Shown: piece after piece, positions 16,979-28,084 of the stretch
Numbering within the stretch: position 1 is the stretch's first letter
How the letters are laid out: the number at the start of each line of letters is the position of its first letter
Program-made: the position numbers and the translations under genes
NCBI GenBank assembly: GCA_026387935.1
Contig: JAPLKU010000022.1
Span: forward strand, 520 to 64,519
DNA: 64,000 nucleotides
Direction of reading: 5' to 3'
Source of the DNA: Gemmatimonadota bacterium
GTDB lineage: Bacteria > Gemmatimonadota > Gemmatimonadetes > Gemmatimonadales > Gemmatimonadaceae
Notes under the pieces: model-generated
Seen by the model: only the letters and a program-made list of their open reading frames with translations
Told to the model about the DNA's origin: nothing
The model's database searches: none

Positions 16979-18460
16979 TCAGCGACCGCCGAGCCCGAGC
17001 GATGGCCAGATGGCGTCGACACGCGCCTTCGTCGCGGCATCCATCTCGATGACGTCTGGCCAGTTTCTCGTAAATCCTTCCTCGGGCATCTTCTTGGTAC
17101 CGTCGAGCCCGAGCTTTGAGCCGTACGTAAATGTGCGGCTCGAGTGATCGAGGACGTCCACCGGACCCATCGTAAACCTGGCGTCACGCTCGGGGTCGAT
17201 GTTGTTCAGCGCCACCCACCACGCCTCCTGCGGGTTGCGCACGTTGACCCAGGCGTCCACGATCACGAGCACCTTGGCGAGCGACATCAGTCCGGCGCCC
17301 CAAAGCGCATTCATCACCTTGAACGCGTGCCCCGGGAACTCCTTCTTGATTGAGACGAATACGAGGTTGTGGAATATCCCTTCGGCCGGCATGTGGTAAT
17401 CCACGATTTCCGGCGTAGTCAGCTTCAGCAGCGGGAGGAAGATCCGCTCCGTCGCGTGCCCGAGGTAGAAATCTTCCATCGGCGGCCGGCCAACGATGGT
17501 CGTGGCGTACACGGCCTTCTTCCGCATCGTCACCGCAGTGACATGCACCTGCGGATAGAGATCGGCCTCTGAGTAGAATCCCGTGTGATCGCCGAACGGG
17601 CCTTCGGTAACCAACGCCTCGCTCGGATCGATGTATCCCTCGATGACAAACTCCGCATCGGCGGGGACTTCGAGATCACAGGTGACGGCTTTCGCGAGGT
17701 GGACCGGTGCCTTGCGCAGGAATCCGGCGAAGATGAACTCGTCCACGGTCGGCGGGAGCGGTGCGCTTGCCGAATAGACCGATGCGGGATCGGCACCGAT
17801 CGCGATCACGACTTCCATCTTCTCGCCACGCTCGGCCATCTCGCGCCAGTGCGCCGCGCCAACCTTGTGGCGTTGCCAGTGCATCGCGAGCGTGTTCTTG
17901 GACAGCACCTGCACCCGGTACATCCCGACGTTTCGAATGCCGCGCTTGGGGTCCTTGGAGATCACCATCGGCAGCGTGATGTACGGCCCACCATCGTGCG
18001 GCCAGCAGGTAATGATCGGAAGCTTCCGCAGGTCGATGTCGCCATCGCGCCAGACAATTTCCTGGCAGGAGGGCGTACCACTCTTCATGCGCGGCGGGAA
18101 CTTCGCGACTTCGAGAAGCCGTGGGAGCAGCGACAGCTTTCCGCGAATGCCTTCCGGGACCTTGAGGTCGAGCAGCTGCGTGATGCGGGCGCCATGCTCA
18201 TCGAGATCCTTCACCCCCAGCGAGAGCGCCATGCGCGACATCGAGCCGAAGAGATTGATCGCCACCGGATACGCGGACTTCGAGCCGTCGTCGAGAATCA
18301 CGTGCTCGAACAACAGCGCCTTCCCGCCGCCGGGCTGCTTCATTACGCGATCAGTAATCTCGGCGAGCTCGAGCTTTGCACGCACGGGCTGCGTGATGCG
18401 CACCAGTTCGCCGGCGGCGTCGATCGCCGAAATGAATTCAGAGAGGGTATCGAGCGTCAT
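16979..18460 (-). CDS. UbiD-family (prenyl-FMN dependent) decarboxylase
   Basis: ATG 18460 overlaps the upstream stop (ATGA). Length and sequence are typical of UbiD (ITCWPHDGGPYITLP). Confidence 0.9.
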   Translation of the reverse strand: MTLDTLSEFISAIDAAGELVRITQPVRAKLELAEITDRVMKQPGGGKALLFEHVILDDGSKSAYPVAINLFGSMSRMALSLGVKDLDEHGARITQLLDLKVPEGIRGKLSLLPRLLEVAKFPPRMKSGTPSCQEIVWRDGDIDLRKLPIITCWPHDGGPYITLPMVISKDPKRGIRNVGMYRVQVLSKNTLAMHWQRHKVGAAHWREMAERGEKMEVVIAIGADPASVYSASAPLPPTVDEFIFAGFLRKAPVHLAKAVTCDLEVPADAEFVIEGYIDPSEALVTEGPFGDHTGFYSEADLYPQVHVTAVTMRKKAVYATTIVGRPPMEDFYLGHATERIFLPLLKLTTPEIVDYHMPAEGIFHNLVFVSIKKEFPGHAFKVMNALWGAGLMSLAKVLVIVDAWVNVRNPQEAWWVALNNIDPERDARFTMGPVDVLDHSSRTFTYGSKLGLDGTKKMPEEGFTRNWPDVIEMDAATKARVDAIWPSLGLGGR

Positions 18461-19251
18461 GCTTTTTCCCCAACGTGAAGCGCGGCGATCCCAAACGTCA
18501 GCGCGCGCCATGAGACATTGATGAATCCGGCCGTTCGCATGCGATCGGCGAGTAGGTCGCGATCTGGAAAGTTGGCGACCGATGCGGGCAAGTAGCGGTA
18601 TGCCGTGGCGTGGCCGCTGACGAGCCCGCCGATGAGCGGCAGTATCTGCCGGAAATAGAAGAGATAGGCCGCGCGAACCGGAGCGAACGACGGCGTCGAG
18701 AATTCCAGGATCACGAAGCGCGCTCCCGGCGAAAGCACTCGTGCTACTTCGCGGAGCGCCTCGTCCAGGCCGGCCACGTTGCGAATGCCGAATGCCACGA
18801 TGGCGCCGTCACACTTGGCGTCGGCCATAGGCAGCGACAGCGCATCGGCAACGACGGGATCGATCCGATTCGGTGGCCCCTTCCCCCGCCCGGACCGCAG
18901 CATCGGTTCGGCGAAGTCGGCCGCGAGCACGCGACCGGAAAACCCTGCAGTGGACGCCAGCGCAGCAGAGACGTCGAGCGTGCCGGCACAGAGATCGAGG
19001 TAGGCACCGGCCGGTCGCCGCGACCAGCCAAGCGCCGCGATGGCCGAGCGGCGCCAGAGCCGGTCGATTCCGAGGCTGAGGACCCTGTTGAGCAGGTCGT
19101 AGCGCGGGGCAATATCGGAGAAGATGCGCTGCACATACGCGCGTTTCTCCGGCCCGCCTTTGGCGGCTGCCGTGGCGGCCGCTGTAGCGGCGGCTGTAGC
19201 GGCAGTTTCCGCCCCCCGGGCGTTTACAACGTCGATTTCTGCACTTGCCAT
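18457..19251 (-). CDS. ubiE: demethylmenaquinone/ubiquinone C-methyltransferase
   Basis: The start is ATG 19251. It has the YVQRIFSDIAPRYDLLNRVLSLG motif and the SAM-binding LDLCAGT. The N-terminal extension contains ATAA repeats. Confidence 0.85.
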   Translation of the reverse strand: MASAEIDVVNARGAETAATAAATAAATAAAKGGPEKRAYVQRIFSDIAPRYDLLNRVLSLGIDRLWRRSAIAALGWSRRPAGAYLDLCAGTLDVSAALASTAGFSGRVLAADFAEPMLRSGRGKGPPNRIDPVVADALSLPMADAKCDGAIVAFGIRNVAGLDEALREVARVLSPGARFVILEFSTPSFAPVRAAYLFYFRQILPLIGGLVSGHATAYRYLPASVANFPDRDLLADRMRTAGFINVSWRALTFGIAALHVGEKA

Positions 19252-19307
19252 GAGAACCTGCAAGTTGCCCGTGCGTGGGGGGCCGGGCAAGTTTCGACCA
19301 GACCAGC

Positions 19308-19910
19308 ATGGCGCCCACGCCCGATCTCTCGAACGTCCCGGACGCAGATGTCGTCGCCCTCGCCCAGCACGGGCGCGAGGACGGCTTTCGTGAACTCGTG
19401 CGCCGGTACGAGCGCCCGGTGTTCTCGCTCATCTTCCGCATGGTGCGCGACAGTGCGTCGGCCGAAGACCTGGCCCAGGACACGTTCATCAAGGTTCTGA
19501 ACCACATCGACAAATACCGGCCAGAGTTCAAACTCTCCAGCTGGCTCTTCAAGATCGCGCACAATGTCGCGATCGATCACCTGCGCCGCCGCCAGCTCGA
19601 CACGATCTCCATGAGTGGGTCGCCGCACGCAGGCAGCGAGGCAGAGATCGCAGCCACCTCGTTCGAGATCGCGAGCGGCGAAGAGAGCGCGCTCGACCAG
19701 ATGGAGGCGCGCGAACTCGGCTCCACCATCGAAAAGGCGATCGGCACGCTGAGGCCGGAGTACCGGTCGTGCATCATGCTCCGGCATGTCGAAGGTCGCT
19801 CCTACGAAGAAATCGCGGCCACGCTCGACCTGCCCCTCGGTACGGTCAAGACCTACATCCACCGCGCTCGAATTCAGCTCCGAGAGCAGTTCGAACATCT
19901 CCGGGAATGA
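19308..19910 (+). CDS. ECF-type RNA polymerase sigma factor
   Basis: The start is ATG 19308. Region 2 (FRELVRRYERPVFSLIFRMV...DLAQDTFIKV) and region 4 (SYEEIAATLDLPLGTVKTYIHRAR) are recognisable. Confidence 0.85.
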   Translation: MAPTPDLSNVPDADVVALAQHGREDGFRELVRRYERPVFSLIFRMVRDSASAEDLAQDTFIKVLNHIDKYRPEFKLSSWLFKIAHNVAIDHLRRRQLDTISMSGSPHAGSEAEIAATSFEIASGEESALDQMEARELGSTIEKAIGTLRPEYRSCIMLRHVEGRSYEEIAATLDLPLGTVKTYIHRARIQLREQFEHLRE

Positions 19911-20015
19911 TACCGAACGCATCCCGAAATACTTCTGCTTGCCAACGGCCAGCTGCCTGCGGTTACCGTGAAACCCCGTATTCCCCCGCCCCGTACATCT
20001 TTTTGTGAGGATCGA

Positions 20016-20606
20016 ATGAACCACCGTCACCTGCTTCCGAATGAGTTCGACCTGCTCCTGGATGGAGAGGTCGGCTTTGGTGTTGCGCCCCTCAAGGCGC
20101 ACGTCGATGACTGCGCTGAGTGTCGTGCGCGGCTCGAGGAGGCGCGCGTCGTGATTGACGCGCTTGACGACCTCCCCCGATTCGCTCCGGCACCAGCGTT
20201 CGCCAATCGCGTCATGGCGAATGTGCAGGTGGTCGAGCCCTGGCATCTCGCGATGTTCGCGGCGGCCCAGCGGCTACTGCCAAGAACAAAACCCCTGCGC
20301 GTCGTCATGGCCGCATCGGCGTCGGTCGTCGCGATTGGCGTCTCGTCCGCTGCGGTCTGGCTGGCGTTCCGCGCCGACGTCGCGATCTACCTCGCCGGAC
20401 TCGCCGATCAGCGCGCGCGGACTATGGTGACGGCAGCGCTCGGCTCGTTCGTGCAATCGGTGCTTGGCACCGGTGCCGTGAACACCATCAGCTCCCAAGG
20501 TACGGCCGCGATTGCGGTGGGGGCCAACGTGGTGTTCGTGGCCGCTGGATCGGCCGCGCTGGGATTGCGCGCGGTCGCGTCGGCTTCACGTCGGGCGCGG
20601 GAATAA
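20016..20606 (+). CDS. anti-sigma factor (zf-HC2 type, membrane-spanning)
   Basis: The start is ATG 20016. It has the HxxxCxxC motif HVDDCAECR and a central hydrophobic helix, and lies directly downstream of the ECF sigma gene. Confidence 0.7.
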   Translation: MNHRHLLPNEFDLLLDGEVGFGVAPLKAHVDDCAECRARLEEARVVIDALDDLPRFAPAPAFANRVMANVQVVEPWHLAMFAAAQRLLPRTKPLRVVMAASASVVAIGVSSAAVWLAFRADVAIYLAGLADQRARTMVTAALGSFVQSVLGTGAVNTISSQGTAAIAVGANVVFVAAGSAALGLRAVASASRRARE

Positions 20607-20609
20607 CCC

Positions 20610-21746
20610 ATGCGCCCTGAGGGAATGGTCGCACGCCACGCGCGTGCGCTTGTGTCCGTTATTGCCGTGCTCGTCGTCGGTGCGCTCGTTTCGGCGTTCA
20701 CCTGGCGTGACACGCAGCAGGTGCAGGACTCCACGCAGACGAAGGCGCCTCAACTCAGTGCCGTGCTTGCCGGCCTTGCCGGCGGTGACCTGCCGCCACT
20801 CCCAGCCGAGCGCGCGTTCAAGCCAGGCGCGATGACGATTGCCGCGGGGTCGCGCGTTGATGGCCCTGTCGCGATTTCGGGCGGCAGCGCCGAGGTCTAC
20901 GGCACAGTGAACGGCGATCTGGTCACGTTCGGCGGCGACATCAACGTGCATGAACGCGGTGAGATCACGGGAAATGCCATCGCGATCGGCGGCGTGGTGC
21001 ATGTGCGCGGCGGCCATGTTGGCGGCCAGACGCTGACGCTCTCCAGTGAGTTCGGTGCGCCGGCGCCGGTAGATGCATCGAAGCGCGTCATGCAGCAGCT
21101 CGCGCTCGTGGGCGGCTGGCTCTGCGTGCTGATCGGGCTCAGCGTAGGCGTGCTGGTATTGGCGTCCGACAATCTCTCCGCCGTCGCCGATGCGCTCGAG
21201 CGGCACTATGGCAGCACGATTGTTGCCGGACTCGCGGGCCAAGTCGCCTTTGCGCCGCTCCTCGTTGCACTGATCGTGGCGCTCGTACTCTCGGTGCTCG
21301 GCATCCTGCTCGTACCTTTTGCCGCCGTGGCCTACGTCATACTCGCCGCCGGCCTCATTTCAGTCGGATTCCTCGCCACCGCGGTCGTCATCGGACGCGG
21401 CTGGCGCTCCGCTGCACCGGGAAGTGATCGCGCGCGTCGCGCCGCAACGTTGCAGGCGATGGTCGTTGGAATTGTGGTGCTGTTGTTGCCGTGGGCGCTC
21501 GCCGCATTGCTTGCGGCGTGGCCAGTGGCGGAGACGTTGGCACGTGGCGTGGCATTTGCCATCACCTGGGTTGCGGCGACTGCCGGAATCGGCGCCACAT
21601 TAATTTCTCGCGCGGGCATCACGCGCGCGCAAAGCCGTCAGGCGGTGCGCGCCATGGCCAGCCCAAGCTGGCAGACGCCGACACCAGTGTCCGGCGTAGT
21701 CGCCGCACGGCGCCCGGCCGCCACGCCGACCGCAGGTCCGCGGTGA
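20610..21746 (+). CDS. membrane protein with a bactofilin-like (polymer-forming) beta-helical repeat region
   Basis: An N-terminal TM segment is followed by the repeats GPVAISGGSAEVYGTVNGDLVTFGGDINVHERGEITGNAIAIGGVVHVRGGHVGG and several further TM helices. Confidence 0.55.
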   Translation: MRPEGMVARHARALVSVIAVLVVGALVSAFTWRDTQQVQDSTQTKAPQLSAVLAGLAGGDLPPLPAERAFKPGAMTIAAGSRVDGPVAISGGSAEVYGTVNGDLVTFGGDINVHERGEITGNAIAIGGVVHVRGGHVGGQTLTLSSEFGAPAPVDASKRVMQQLALVGGWLCVLIGLSVGVLVLASDNLSAVADALERHYGSTIVAGLAGQVAFAPLLVALIVALVLSVLGILLVPFAAVAYVILAAGLISVGFLATAVVIGRGWRSAAPGSDRARRAATLQAMVVGIVVLLLPWALAALLAAWPVAETLARGVAFAITWVAATAGIGATLISRAGITRAQSRQAVRAMASPSWQTPTPVSGVVAARRPAATPTAGPR

Positions 21747-22594
21747 ACGCGGCTCGCGCCGTTGGTGTGATTCTCGCGACCGTCGCCGCTGCGACGCCCG
21801 CGAGCGCACAGCAATGGCGCACGCTGGAATCGTCGCGGCAGATTCGCTCGACGGACGCGGCCACGGTGCGCGTCGAGTATGCAGCCGGCACGATTGACCT
21901 GCTGCCGATGTCCGATGTTTTGCTTTATCGGATGACACTGACCTATGACGCAGAGCGATCGCAGCCGATCGCCGCGTTCGACGAAGCCGCTGGCACCGTG
22001 ACGATCGGGACGCGCAGCGCCTCGTCGCACTGGGACCATGGCAAGAGCGACGGGAGCACCTTTCGCGCTGAACTTTCCAGGAACGTGCCGCTCCGGGTTT
22101 CAATGGAACTGGGCGCCGCGCGTGGAACCATCTAGCTGGGCGGACTGCGACTGCAGGACCTTTCGCTCAAGACCGGCGCGACGAAGCTCACGTTTGATTT
22201 TGCTGAGCCGAATCCTGAGTCGCTGCAGAATTTTGACTTGTACGTTGGCGCCGCCGAAATCACCGTCACACGCGCAGGCAATGCGCGCGCGAGCCGCGCG
22301 TCACTGAATGTTGGCGTGGGATCGCTCGACTACGACCTTGACGGCGCCTGGACCGGCGACACCGAACTCTCCATCAACCTTGCACTCGGCAAGTTCACGC
22401 TGCGCGTGCCGCCGGACGCGGGCGTGCGCGTGACGGGAAACAGTTTTCTGGTGGACTTTGACAAGGCCGGCCTGGAGAAGCGCGGGAATACTTGGTATTC
22501 GCCGGGCTACGACGTGGCCAAGCAGCGCGTGACGATCCAGATGAGCGCGGCGTTCGGCCAGTTCAACCTCATGCGCCGCAAGAACACGCCTTAA
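21743..22594 (+). pseudogene. secreted beta-solenoid (LiaF-C / DUF4097-like) protein interrupted by an in-frame TAG at 22133..22135
   Basis: GTG 21743 overlaps the previous stop. ORFs 21743..22135 and 22136..22594 are in the same frame. The repeat pattern continues across the stop (..MELGAARGTI*LGGLRLQDLSLKTGATKLTFDF..). Confidence 0.55.
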
Positions 22595-22601
22595 ACCCGC
22601 T

Positions 22602-23729
22602 CTAGCGGTCGAGCGTCTCCGCCACGGCCGCCATCGCGCGCGCCGCAGGTGAGTCCGGCGCTCCAATCACAATCGGTGTTCCGGAGTCCCCGCCCTCACG
22701 TACGGGCTGGTAGAGCGGAATCTCGCCAAGGAGCGGCACCCCGAGTTCGAGCGCCAGCCGCGCGCCTCCGCCAGATCCGAAGATGGGCAGCTTGGATCCA
22801 TCCGGCATCTCGTACCAGCTCATGTTCTCGACAACGCCGAGGATGGGCACGCCAACGCGCTCGAACATCTTCGCGCCACGGAGCGCGTCGCCGACGGCGA
22901 CTTCCTGCGGCGTGGTGACAATCACCGCGCCCGCGAGGTGCGCGGCCTGCACAAGGGAGAGCTGCGCATCACCGGTGCCGGGCGGCATGTCAACGAAGAG
23001 ATAGTCGAGGCGCCCCCACTTCACGTCCCGCAGAAACTGGTTGATGATCTTCATGACGATGGGGCCACGCCAGATGGCGGGCTGGTCGCGCTCGATCATG
23101 AACCCGAGCGACATGAGCTTCACCCCATGCGCTTCTGGCGGTACGATCTTTTCGTTTTCCACCGGCGGCGCCACCATCACACCCATCATGCGAGGGATGT
23201 CGGGCCCATAAATGTCGGCATCGAGCAGTCCGACGTGCTTGCCCGCCTTCGCGAGCGCCGTGGCGATGTTCACGGTGACGGTGCTCTTGCCGACGCCACC
23301 CTTGCCCGACGATATCGCGATGATCTTTCCTAGCGCGGGAAAAGCGACGGGCGTTGGTGCTGGGGTCGGCTTCGGCGCGGCCGCGGGCTCCGGCATCATC
23401 GGCAGCGGCACTCGGCGCGGCGCAGCAGCAATGGCGGCAGCCGGGGCACCAATGGGTACGCCAGCACTGCGCGCGTCGGCCACGCCTGAGGCCCTCTTCA
23501 CCTCCACGCGCACATCCGTCACACCTTCGACGCCCTCGACGCCCTGCCGAACATCACGGGCGAGCGTCGGATCGTCGCCGGCGCTGAGTTCAAGGGTGAT
23601 ACGCACGCGACCTTCCGTACTGGTGGCCACGTCGACGATCTGTTCGCCGTGCACCACATCGATGCCGGTACGGCGGTTGATCACCTTGATGAGCGCGTTC
23701 TCAACCCGCGCGGTCAGTGTTTCGGCCAT
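22602..23729 (-). CDS. Mrp/ApbC/NBP35-family Fe-S cluster carrier ATPase
   Basis: It has an N-terminal DUF59-like domain, a Pro/Ala linker, and the deviant Walker A motif [10 protein letters not shown]. Confidence 0.9.
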   Translation of the reverse strand: MAETLTARVENALIKVINRRTGIDVVHGEQIVDVATSTEGRVRITLELSAGDDPTLARDVRQGVEGVEGVTDVRVEVKRASGVADARSAGVPIGAPAAAIAAAPRRVPLPMMPEPAAAPKPTPAPTPVAFPALGKIIAISSGKGGVGKSTVTVNIATALAKAGKHVGLLDADIYGPDIPRMMGVMVAPPVENEKIVPPEAHGVKLMSLGFMIERDQPAIWRGPIVMKIINQFLRDVKWGRLDYLFVDMPPGTGDAQLSLVQAAHLAGAVIVTTPQEVAVGDALRGAKMFERVGVPILGVVENMSWYEMPDGSKLPIFGSGGGARLALELGVPLLGEIPLYQPVREGGDSGTPIVIGAPDSPAARAMAAVAETLDR

Positions 23730-23753
23730 GATGATATCCGCTCAGATGTGGCG

Positions 23754-24773
23754 TTATGCGTTTGCGAGTACCGCGCGCGCGGCAGCGGTTACCTTCGCCT
23801 TCACATCCGCGAGCGCGCCTTCGATGAGTGCGCCGGACGCCTTGGCATGGCCGCCGCCGCCAAACTGTTTCGCGATGGCGTTTGCGTCCACGTCACCGAT
23901 GCTGCGAAACGACACTTTCACTTTTCCGTGACCCAGGTCGCGAAAGAGCAGCGCGAGCCGGGTTCCTACAATGGAGCGAGGATACTCGGCAACTCCGTCG
24001 AGATCTTCTGCCGAGACGTCGTAGCGTTCCAAGGCACCGGCTTCGACGTCAATGGTAGCGAGGCCAACGGCGGCGTCGACTTCAATCGTGCGCAGCGCAT
24101 CACTCACAAGCTTCAGGCGACCAACCGGCACCGACGCATAAATGCGCCGGTACATCATTTCCGGGTCCACGCCTGCGGCAATCATCTGTGAGGCGACGGC
24201 CAGACATCGCGATGATGTGTTACTGAACCGAAAGCCGCCCGTGTCCGTGAGCAGCGCCGTGTAGATCGCCGTCGCGATGCCCGGTGTGATCTCGAGGCCG
24301 AGCACCACGGCCACGTCATAGATGAGTTCGCCGGTCGCACAGGCGGTGGTGTCCGTGACCATCAGCGGGCCGGGTGGTTCCCTGCCGGGCAAATGATGGT
24401 CAATCACAAGCGGCTTGTTCGGAAGTGCGCGAACGGCATCGGCCAGATTGCCAAGCCGACCCACGTCGCTGATGTCGAGCACCACGAGACGCTCCACGTC
24501 ACGCAGCGCGGCGGCTCCCTTTGGCGAATGGTCCTTCACTCCGCCGTCGAGCAGATACCGGAACATTTCCGGCCAGGGCGTGGGATTCACGATGCGCACA
24601 TCAACGCCCTTCTGCATCAGGAGTTGCGCAAGCGCCGACTCCGATCCGCAGCCGTCTCCGTCCGCATTGATGTGCGTGGAGAGCGCGATGCGCTTGGCCG
24701 CAAGCAATTCCGGCGCGAGCGCCTCGATGGCGGCGCGGCGGGCAGCGGGAATCTGAAGCGTGTCGACGACCAT
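23754..24773 (-). CDS. DHH/DHHA1 phosphoesterase (NrnA-like oligoribonuclease/pAp phosphatase)
   Basis: The DHH motifs HINADGDGCGS and VIDHH and the DHHA1 motif GGGGHAKASG are present. Confidence 0.8.
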   Translation of the reverse strand: MVVDTLQIPAARRAAIEALAPELLAAKRIALSTHINADGDGCGSESALAQLLMQKGVDVRIVNPTPWPEMFRYLLDGGVKDHSPKGAAALRDVERLVVLDISDVGRLGNLADAVRALPNKPLVIDHHLPGREPPGPLMVTDTTACATGELIYDVAVVLGLEITPGIATAIYTALLTDTGGFRFSNTSSRCLAVASQMIAAGVDPEMMYRRIYASVPVGRLKLVSDALRTIEVDAAVGLATIDVEAGALERYDVSAEDLDGVAEYPRSIVGTRLALLFRDLGHGKVKVSFRSIGDVDANAIAKQFGGGGHAKASGALIEGALADVKAKVTAAARAVLANA

Positions 24774-24796
24774 GCGGCGGTGGCGGAAAAGAGGAC

Positions 24797-24828
24797 GGCG
24801 CCCGGCCAGTGATTCCTGACCGGGCGCC
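24797..24828 (-). terminator. intrinsic terminator downstream of the permease gene
   Basis: GGCGCCCGGCCAG / CTGACCGGGCGCC forms a 13-bp stem with one mismatch and a 6-nt loop. On the minus strand it is followed by GTCCTCTTTTCC. Confidence 0.6.
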
Positions 24829-24874
24829 GCCGAAAGATACCGCGTGCTACGCGGTGTTACATGGTGCTGCTGGC

Positions 24875-26356
24875 TTATGACGCTTCGGTGTTCAGCTTGG
24901 AGTGGCTCTTGCTGTAGCCGAAGTAGATGAACATGCCGATGAGCAGCCAGACGCCAAGTCGCAGCCAGTTGGTCCAGCCGAGGCCGTAGATCATTGCACC
25001 GCAGACCACGATACCGAGCACGGCCACGACGGGCACCATCGGAACCTTGAACGTGCGCACAAGGTCAGGACGCCGAACCCGAAGGATCCAGACGCCGGCG
25101 CACACCAGCATGAACGCGAAGAGCGTCCCGATGCTCGTCATTTCACCAACGACGCTGTCGGGGAGGAAGGCCGCGAAGAGTGACGTGAACACGAAGAAGA
25201 GCATGTTCGACTTCCACGGCGTCCGGAATTTCGGATGCGTATCCGAGAACACCTTCGGCACGAGGCCGTCGCGGCTCATGGAGTAGAACACGCGCGACTG
25301 ACCGAGGAGCATCACCAGGATGACCGAGCTGAAGCCGGCCAGGATGGCCACGGTGACGAAGTTGGCCAGCCAGCCATAGCCGGTCATGTACTTCTGAATA
25401 GCGAAGGCGACTGAGGCTTCCTTGCCTGCCGTGCGGAAATCTTCCACCGTCGCGACGCCGGAGAGGACGTGGGCGAAGAGGATGTAGAGAATCGTGCAGA
25501 TGACGAGCGAGCCAAGAATGCCGATGGGCATGTCGCGACCGGGATTCTTCGCTTCCTGCGCCGCCGTAGATACGGCGTCAAATCCGATGTAGGCGAAGAA
25601 GACGACACCTGCCGCACCCAGGATGCCCATGATGCCGCCGTACGCATGCGTGACGCCCTGCGCTGTCGTGTACGTCGTGGCCGCGGGAATGTACGGCGTG
25701 TGATTCGCCGAATTCATGAAGCCCCAGCCCACCGCAATCACGATCATGACGATCGCAACCTTCGTGATGACGATGATGCCGTTGAGCAGCGCAGACTCCT
25801 GCGTGCCGCGCATGAGCACCATGGAGAGCAGACCAAGAATCAGGACCGCCGGGAGATTGGCGATGCCATGAATCCCCGTGGTTGACACTTCCATCGCCGA
25901 ATGGCTCCAGGCGTATGGCACCTCGGAAATCCCGAGGATTCGCAGCAGGTTGTTGAGGTACTGGCTCCACGCGATGGCCACTGTCGCGGCGCCAACGGCG
26001 TACTCGAGCACCAAGTCCCACCCGATGATCCAGGCGACGAACTCGCCCATCGTCGTGTAGGAATAGGTATACGCGCTGCCGGCGATAGGGATCATCGAGG
26101 CGAACTCAGCGTAGCAGAGTCCGGCGAAGGCGCAACCAATGCCCGCGACGATGAAGGCGAGCGTGACCGACGGGCCGGCGCGTTCGGCGATCGCTGCCGC
26201 CGTCCGGACGAAGAGGCCGGCGCCGATGATGGCGCCAATGCCGAGGCCGATGAGCGACCAGGCGCCGAGCGTGCGTTTGAGCCCGCTGTCGCCGGAAGCG
26301 CCGCTGTCCGCCATGAGGCGATCAATCGACTTGGTTCGGAACAGTGCGTTAGCCAC
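24875..26356 (-). CDS. APC-superfamily amino acid permease
   Basis: The start is GTG 26356. It has about 12-14 TM helices, and the N-terminal LKRTLGAWSLIGLGIGAIIGAGLFV is typical of cationic amino-acid transporter-like permeases. Confidence 0.85.
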   Translation of the reverse strand: MANALFRTKSIDRLMADSGASGDSGLKRTLGAWSLIGLGIGAIIGAGLFVRTAAAIAERAGPSVTLAFIVAGIGCAFAGLCYAEFASMIPIAGSAYTYSYTTMGEFVAWIIGWDLVLEYAVGAATVAIAWSQYLNNLLRILGISEVPYAWSHSAMEVSTTGIHGIANLPAVLILGLLSMVLMRGTQESALLNGIIVITKVAIVMIVIAVGWGFMNSANHTPYIPAATTYTTAQGVTHAYGGIMGILGAAGVVFFAYIGFDAVSTAAQEAKNPGRDMPIGILGSLVICTILYILFAHVLSGVATVEDFRTAGKEASVAFAIQKYMTGYGWLANFVTVAILAGFSSVILVMLLGQSRVFYSMSRDGLVPKVFSDTHPKFRTPWKSNMLFFVFTSLFAAFLPDSVVGEMTSIGTLFAFMLVCAGVWILRVRRPDLVRTFKVPMVPVVAVLGIVVCGAMIYGLGWTNWLRLGVWLLIGMFIYFGYSKSHSKLNTEAS

Positions 26357-26446
26357 GCCTTACCCCCTTTGGGTTGCCATGTGAAACAGCGCCTGAACTT
26401 GTCAGGTGGGGAACAACCGCGTCAAGAAGAGCGACCGGAAGAGCGA

Positions 26447-28024
<1,578 letters not shown>

Positions 28025-28084
28025 CTAACGACGGGAATGGGGACGGTACCCAGGGAGGTGCGCAGCGAAGGGTGAGGGGATGGG

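Noticed and set aside
19141-19210. In-frame 12-bp tandem repeats (GCTGTAGCGGCG-like, encoding ATAA repeats) at the 5' end of ubiE. Similar short coding repeats occur at 30100..30135 (PDAP x3) and 44795..44835 (GANG x3).
   Set aside because: These are ordinary slippage-type low-complexity coding repeats in linker or extension regions. Nothing suggests phase variation, since they stay in frame and are short.
26420-26446. A direct repeat GAAGAGCGAC x2 immediately after the guaB stop codon.
   Set aside because: There are only two units with a period of 11-12 rather than 7. That is too little to separate it from chance or to tie it to the heptad arrays.
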